A DNA stretch of 64,000 bases from an uncultured Acidobacteriota bacterium (lineage in GTDB: Bacteria > Acidobacteriota > Thermoanaerobaculia > Multivoradales > UBA5704): positions 1 through 64,000 of the forward strand of contig CAVYRF010000002.1 of assembly GCA_963770895.1 (NCBI GenBank), given 5' to 3'. A model generated the notes under the pieces. It searched no databases and had not been told where the DNA came from. It saw nothing but the letters and a program-made list of their open reading frames with translations. Below, piece after piece: positions 58,751 through 64,000 of the stretch. Every line of letters starts with the position of its first letter. Within the stretch, counting starts at the first letter, position 1. Made by a program: the position numbers and the translations under genes.

Positions 58751-60397
58751 ATGATAGCGGTGCTTGCGTTGCTGGCGGCAGGAGCGGCAGGGGCGGCGGT
58801 GGACGCTGGCCAGGTGCGACCTGTTCCTGACCTGGAATCGCATGTGGCGGCGTGGGCCAAGGACCAGGGCAGCGGCGCGGTGGTGGTGGCCGAGCGGGTG
58901 CAGGGGCAGTGGCGGTATGGCATGGGCGGGCAGCCGTTCGCGGCCGGACATGCGGCGGTGGCGCCCGAGCGGATCGAATTCGAAATTGGGTCGCTGAGCA
59001 AGGTGTTCACCGGCCTGCTGCTGGCGCAGGCGGTGCACGAGGGCAAGCTGGCGCTCACCGACACGCTGGCAGTGCGGCTGCCGGTGCAGTTTGCGTCGCG
59101 CGAGGTGGGCGGCATCACGCTCAAGCAGCTGGCGACCCACACGTCGTGCCTGCCGCGGCTGCCCGACAACATGGTTGGAGCCGACTCGCCCGACCCCTAT
59201 GCCGCGTACACCAACGCAGACCTGTTCGCGTACCTGGCGCAGGCCAAGCTGCCGTCGGCGCCGCCGTGCGCGCCGGACTACTCCAACCTGGGGTTTGGCG
59301 TGCTGGGAGTGGTGCTGGAACGGGCGTATGGGCAGTCGTGGGATACGCTGGTGCACAACAAGATCACCTTGCCTCTGGGGATGGCTGACACGGTGCAGCA
59401 CCTGTCGACGGAGCAGCGCGCGCGCTTCGCGCAGGGGTGGTCGGAGGGCAAGCAGGTGCAGCCCTGGACGTTCCAGGCGATGGCCGGCGCCGGGGCGCTG
59501 GTCTCGACGGCTGCCGACCTGACCAAGCTGGCTGACGCGATGCTGGCTGGCGCCGGCGGGCCGCTGCGCGATGCGTGGCAGCTGATGTCTGCCGACCAGA
59601 GCGACGCGGGGGCCATGGGCGGTCACATCGGCCTGGCGCTGATGCACGACCGGCTGTACGGCCAGGATCGCTACTGGCACGACGGCGGCACCGGCGGCTT
59701 CCGCAGCACCTTGCAGGTGTTCCCGGCCGACGGGCGGGCGCAGATCGTCCTGACCTCCAGCGCCGACGGCAAGGTGGAAGCCTGGCTGACGGCGTGGCGC
59801 GCCGAGGGCCGGACACCGGTCGCGTGGCGCGAGATCACCCTGCCGGCGGGCGCCCTGGACGAATACACCGGCGTGTACCAGCTGTCGCCGCAGGCCCGCT
59901 TCACCATCCTCAGGGTCGGCGACGATCTGCGCGTGCGCTTGACCGGCCAGCAGTTCCTGGCGGTGTTCGCCAGCGCCAAGGATGAGTTTTTCTACCGCGC
60001 GGTCGATGCGCAGCTCTCGTTCCAGCGCCAGGGCGGCAAGATCACCGGGCTGGTGGTGCACCAATACGGCCGCGACCTGGCGGCGCGCCGCACCGCCGAC
60101 CCGGTGCCCCACGTCGAGTTCCTGCCGGTCGCTTCGCTGGCGGAGCTGGCCGGGGACTACGACTTCAGCTCCGTCGAGGCGGGCGCGGTGCTCACCGTCC
60201 GGGTGCGCGGCGAAGGGCTTACCGCGCAGCTCACCGGCCAGCCGATGGTGCCGGTCTTCGCGGTGGCCAAGGACCGCTTCCAGTACGACGTCGTCGATGC
60301 GACGCTGGTGTTCGAGCGCGACGCCGCCGGCAAGGTGTCCGCCGTGGTGCTGAACCAGAACGGCGCCTCCGTCCGCGCGCCCCGCAAGCACCCATGA
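58751..60397 (+). CDS. Serine hydrolase, beta-lactamase class C-like, with two DUF3471-like domains
   Basis: FEIGSLSK (SxxK), LATHTS, YSN, WHDGGTGG; duplicated C-terminal domain; AAGGAG SD. Confidence 0.9.
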   Translation: MIAVLALLAAGAAGAAVDAGQVRPVPDLESHVAAWAKDQGSGAVVVAERVQGQWRYGMGGQPFAAGHAAVAPERIEFEIGSLSKVFTGLLLAQAVHEGKLALTDTLAVRLPVQFASREVGGITLKQLATHTSCLPRLPDNMVGADSPDPYAAYTNADLFAYLAQAKLPSAPPCAPDYSNLGFGVLGVVLERAYGQSWDTLVHNKITLPLGMADTVQHLSTEQRARFAQGWSEGKQVQPWTFQAMAGAGALVSTAADLTKLADAMLAGAGGPLRDAWQLMSADQSDAGAMGGHIGLALMHDRLYGQDRYWHDGGTGGFRSTLQVFPADGRAQIVLTSSADGKVEAWLTAWRAEGRTPVAWREITLPAGALDEYTGVYQLSPQARFTILRVGDDLRVRLTGQQFLAVFASAKDEFFYRAVDAQLSFQRQGGKITGLVVHQYGRDLAARRTADPVPHVEFLPVASLAELAGDYDFSSVEAGAVLTVRVRGEGLTAQLTGQPMVPVFAVAKDRFQYDVVDATLVFERDAAGKVSAVVLNQNGASVRAPRKHP

Positions 60398-61332
60398 CCG
60401 CGACCGTCGCAGTGCGGAACACCCGGGTCAACCGCCGGCCGGGCACGCTGTGGAAGGTGCTGCAGTTCCCGCTGACGCGGGCGCTGCTGGCGATCCTGGC
60501 GATGGCCGCCGTGGTCGCCGCCGTGCAGGGCGCCCAGCACGCGCTGGGCCTGGCGCCGCAGGGCGCCGCGAGCCGCGTCCTGGGGCTGGGGCTGATCGCC
60601 GGGCTGTGCCTGGCCTACGTCGGCACCGTTCGCCTGATCGAGCGGCGCGCCGCGGTCGAGCTGGCGCCGCGCGATGCCCTGCCGGCTTTTGGCGGCGGCT
60701 TCCTGGCCGGCACGGCGCTGTTCAGCGCCACCATCCTGGTGCTGTGGGCGCTGGGCGCCTATCGCGTCGACGGCACGCGCGGCGCCGACGCCCTGGTGGG
60801 GCCGCTGCTCGGCTCGCTGATCGCGGCGGTCTTCGAGGAGCTGCTGGTGCGCGGCGTGCTGTTCCGCATCGTCGAAGAGAGCCTGGGCAGCTGGCTGGCG
60901 CTCGCCATCACCGCCGCGCTCTTCGGCCTGCTGCACTTCTTCAATCCCGGCGCCACGATCGCCAGCACCTGCGCCATCGCGCTGGAAGCCGGCATTCTGC
61001 TGGCCGCCGTCTACATGGCGTCGCGCACGCTGTGGATGTGCATCGGCCTGCACTGCGCCTGGAACTTTGCCGAAGGCGGCATCTTCGGCGCCAGCGTTTC
61101 GGGCGGCAAGCCCGAAGGGCTGCTGATCGCGAAGTTCCAGGGCTCCACCCTGCTCACCGGGGGCAAATTCGGCCCCGAGGCCTCGCTGCCCGCGGTGGTG
61201 ATCTGCCTGGCCGGCGGCCTTGCCTACCTGGCCCTGGCGCGCCGCCGCGGCCGCATCCTGCCGCCCGCCTGGCGCCGCGTGCCAGATCCTCCGACCCCGG
61301 ACCCGGCCGCCATCCCGCCTGTCGTCCTCTAG
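60394..61332 (+). CDS. CPBP (Abi/CAAX) intramembrane metalloprotease
   Basis: FEELLVRG, FGLLH, IGLHCAWN, GGKFGPEAS; ATGA coupling. Confidence 0.92.
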   Translation: MTATVAVRNTRVNRRPGTLWKVLQFPLTRALLAILAMAAVVAAVQGAQHALGLAPQGAASRVLGLGLIAGLCLAYVGTVRLIERRAAVELAPRDALPAFGGGFLAGTALFSATILVLWALGAYRVDGTRGADALVGPLLGSLIAAVFEELLVRGVLFRIVEESLGSWLALAITAALFGLLHFFNPGATIASTCAIALEAGILLAAVYMASRTLWMCIGLHCAWNFAEGGIFGASVSGGKPEGLLIAKFQGSTLLTGGKFGPEASLPAVVICLAGGLAYLALARRRGRILPPAWRRVPDPPTPDPAAIPPVVL

Positions 61333-61351
61333 CTGCTCCCGCCGATCTCGG

Positions 61352-63091
61352 CTATTCGTGACCCATACCGGCCGCCGCTGACGCCGACGGCGACGGCCGG
61401 TCGGCGGATGCCGCCTGGGTGATGCTCAGGGCGACGGCTTCCGCCACCCGGATGCCGTCCACGGCGGCGGACAGGATGCCGCCGGCGTAGCCGGCGCCTT
61501 CGCCGGCAGGATACAGACCGGCCACGGCAACGCTCTGCAGGTCGTCGTCGCGGCGCGTCAGGCGCACCGGCGCGGAGGTCCGCGTCTCGACGCCGGTGAG
61601 CACCGCGTCCTCCATGGCGAAACCGCGCAGCTGGCGGTCGAACGCCGGCAGCGCCTCGCGGATCGCCGCGATCGCGTAGTCCGGCAGGCAGGACGTCAGG
61701 TCGCCCCAACGCACCGCCGGCCGATAGGACGGCAGCACCGCACCGGGCGCCGTCGACGGGCGGCCGGCGAGAAAGTCGCCGACGCGCTGCGCCGGCGCGT
61801 CGTAGGAGCTGCCGCCCAGCTCGAAGGCCCGCGTCTCCCAGAACCGCTGCAGCTCGACGCCGGCCAGGGGGCCGCCGGGATAGTCCTCGGGCGTGATGCC
61901 GACGACGATGCCGCTGTTGGCGTTGCGCTCGTCGCGCGAATATTGGCTCATGCCGTTGGTCACCACCCGGCCGGGCTCCGACGCCGCCGCCACCACGGTG
62001 CCGCCCGGACACATGCAGAAGCTGTAGACCGAGCGGCCGTTGCTGCAGTGGTGCACCAGCTTGTAGTCGGCGGCGCCGAGCAGCGGGTGCCCCGCCTGGG
62101 CACCGAAGCGGCGGCGGTCGATCAGCGACTGCGGATGCTCGATGCGGAAGCCGATCGAAAACGGCTTGGCTTCCATCAGGACGCCACGCCGCGCGAGCAT
62201 CTGAAAGGTGTCCCGCGCGCTGTGCCCCGGCGCCAGCACCACGTGATCGGCCGCCAGCCGCTCGCCACCGCCGGCGCCGCCGCCGCCCACATCACCCGCG
62301 TCGCCCGCTGCCGCACCGGCACCCGCCACGACCACGCCGCGCACCCGCCCCCGCTCGACGAGCAGGTCTTCGACCCGGCACTGGAAACGGATCTCGCCGC
62401 CCAGCGACTCGATCTTGGCGCGCATCGCTTCCACCACCTTGACCAGCCGGAAGGTGCCGATGTGCGGCTTGCTGACGAAGAGGATCTCCGCCGGCGCGCC
62501 GGCGGCGACCAGCTCTTCGAGCACCTTGCGCCCGCGGTGGCCGGGGTCCCTGATCTGGCTGTACAGCTTGCCGTCGGAGAAGGTGCCGGCACCGCCTTCG
62601 CCGAACTGCACGTTGGATTCTGGATCGAGCACCCGCTTGCGCCACAGCCCGAAGGTATCCACCGTGCGCTCGCGCACCGCCTTGCCGCGCTCCAAAACCA
62701 GCGGCCGCAATCCCATCTCGGCCAGGAGCAGGGCGGCGAACAGCCCACACGGCCCCATGCCGATGACGATCGGCCGCGGCACCGCCCCCGCGCCCGCCGG
62801 CGCCGCCTGCTCCGACCGCGCCACGAAACGATAGGAGGTGTCGGGCGTCGGCCCGACCCGCGCGTCGCCGCGCAACCGCGCCAGGATCCGGGATTCGCGC
62901 GCCGGCGCCGTTTGGACGTCCACCTGGTAGATCAGCGTGATCGCGCCGCCGCGGCGCGCGTCGTAGCTGCGCCGGACGATCGACCAGCCCAGCAGGTCGC
63001 GCCGCTCGATGCCGAGCGTCGCCGCGATCGCCACCGGCAGCGCCTCGGCGCCGTGGTCCAGCGGCAGTCTCAGCTCCTTGATGCGCAACAT
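61352..63091 (-). CDS. FAD-dependent oxidoreductase (COG2509-like)
   Basis: IGMGPCGLFAA, FGEGGAGTFSDGKL, FCMCPGG, ETRTSAP, GEGAGYAGGILSAA. Confidence 0.92.
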   Translation of the reverse strand: MLRIKELRLPLDHGAEALPVAIAATLGIERRDLLGWSIVRRSYDARRGGAITLIYQVDVQTAPARESRILARLRGDARVGPTPDTSYRFVARSEQAAPAGAGAVPRPIVIGMGPCGLFAALLLAEMGLRPLVLERGKAVRERTVDTFGLWRKRVLDPESNVQFGEGGAGTFSDGKLYSQIRDPGHRGRKVLEELVAAGAPAEILFVSKPHIGTFRLVKVVEAMRAKIESLGGEIRFQCRVEDLLVERGRVRGVVVAGAGAAAGDAGDVGGGGAGGGERLAADHVVLAPGHSARDTFQMLARRGVLMEAKPFSIGFRIEHPQSLIDRRRFGAQAGHPLLGAADYKLVHHCSNGRSVYSFCMCPGGTVVAAASEPGRVVTNGMSQYSRDERNANSGIVVGITPEDYPGGPLAGVELQRFWETRAFELGGSSYDAPAQRVGDFLAGRPSTAPGAVLPSYRPAVRWGDLTSCLPDYAIAAIREALPAFDRQLRGFAMEDAVLTGVETRTSAPVRLTRRDDDLQSVAVAGLYPAGEGAGYAGGILSAAVDGIRVAEAVALSITQAASADRPSPSASAAAGMGHE

Positions 63092-63140
63092 GATCGCGGC
63101 AGCAGGCGCGCCCCGGGCGTCGCCGCGGCGCGCCGCGGCT

Positions 63141-64000
63141 TCAGGCGCCGCCGGCGTCGCCGGCCCGCTCCAGCGCCTGCCGGTCCCAGCTGGCAAGGTT
63201 GGCGGCGGCTTCGTAGGTGCTCTGCAGGAACGCCAGGAGCGCCGCGTCGGGGTCGGGAGCGGCGCGCAGCACGTCGTAGGGCAGCAGGAATTCCCCCATC
63301 TGCGCATTGTAGGCGGCCCCCGCCGGTTGCACCGGCGCGGCGCCGAAACCCGGCGGCGTGGGATAGGCGTAGGCGTAGAACGCCGCCTGCGGCGCCTGCG
63401 GGCTGCCGGGCCAGAAACCGGCGCTGGACACTTCGTGCGAGTACCCTTCGCGCATCACCCGGTCGGCCACGTGCGGCGCGCCGCCGGGATGCGGCGGCGC
63501 CGGCCGGCCCGAAAAGCGGCTTGCCGCCAGGTCGAAGCTGCCCCAGAAGAAGTGCACCGGGCTGGCCTTGCCCAGGAAGCGCCCGCGGAACACCTTGAAC
63601 ACCCGGTCCGCCTGCACCAGCACTCGCCAGAAGCGCTGCGCCGCCAGGCCGTCGTAGGCGGCGTGCACGCGATCGTCGGCAAACGGCAGCGCGTCGTCGG
63701 GGATTTCCACCGGCACCGGCCAGATGTGGACCGCCACGTCGAGCGCCGCCAGCGCCGCCTGGTAGTCGGCAAAGAAGTCGGCGACGCTGCGCGCCGCAAG
63801 CGGCACCGCGCGCCGGCCGCCGTCGCTCACCCGGAACGCCAGCTCATGGGCCAGCAGGTCGAATTCGATCTCCAGCAGCCGCCCGCCGCTGCACGGCATG
63901 GCCGAGGTGGTCAGGCCGCGGGCGCTGACGTACAGCGCCACCTGCCACCAGTGGTTCAGCATCGGTTCCAGGGCCAGGCGCGTCTTGCCGACGATCTGGC
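63141..64000 (-). CDS. DUF5996-family protein (5' end outside window)
   Basis: NHWWQVALYV, SPVHFFWGSFDLA, YSHEVSSAGFWPG, FLQSTYEAAA. Confidence 0.85.
   Translation of the reverse strand, partial: QIVGKTRLALEPMLNHWWQVALYVSARGLTTSAMPCSGGRLLEIEFDLLAHELAFRVSDGGRRAVPLAARSVADFFADYQAALAALDVAVHIWPVPVEIPDDALPFADDRVHAAYDGLAAQRFWRVLVQADRVFKVFRGRFLGKASPVHFFWGSFDLAASRFSGRPAPPHPGGAPHVADRVMREGYSHEVSSAGFWPGSPQAPQAAFYAYAYPTPPGFGAAPVQPAGAAYNAQMGEFLLPYDVLRAAPDPDAALLAFLQSTYEAAANLASWDRQALERAGDAGGA

Overview
High-GC window. The gene content (PadR/ADOP permease pair, TPR-CHAT proteins, YfhO, sulfatase-like lipoprotein) suggests an Acidobacterium, possibly Thermoanaerobaculia (inference). The standout is a visibly lower-GC island at about 1.2-11.3 kb. 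An intact tyrosine recombinase is followed 13 bp after its stop by a 59-bp sequence that recurs inverted (58 bp, one-G indel) 7.6 kb away. The repeat carries a recombinase-like core (GATAA-N7-TTATC), a Shine-Dalgarno and the first six codons (MTDSEL) of an aminotransferase. The putatively invertible segment holds two convergent modules: an Mrr-like nuclease-STAND NTPase-helical repeat protein (Avs-like), and a BtrR-like aminotransferase / BtrN-like radical SAM / TobZ-NodU carbamoyltransferase operon. A myo-inositol-1-phosphate synthase lies just outside. This looks like a phase-variable aminocyclitol-biosynthesis plus defence-effector system. The rest of the window contains a CHAT protease-ECF sigma-anti-sigma operon, Ada/AlkA, several enzymes, a WYL regulator with its operator, a decayed CheR hybrid kinase, a sigma54-type promoter ahead of a phosphoketolase coupled to a complete N-ATPase operon, a TonB receptor with a structured leader, a second CHAT protein, CsgG, and a hicB-hicA-like pair. 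No CRISPR array, tRNA or rRNA was recognised. All family calls come from motif recognition by eye, without database searches.
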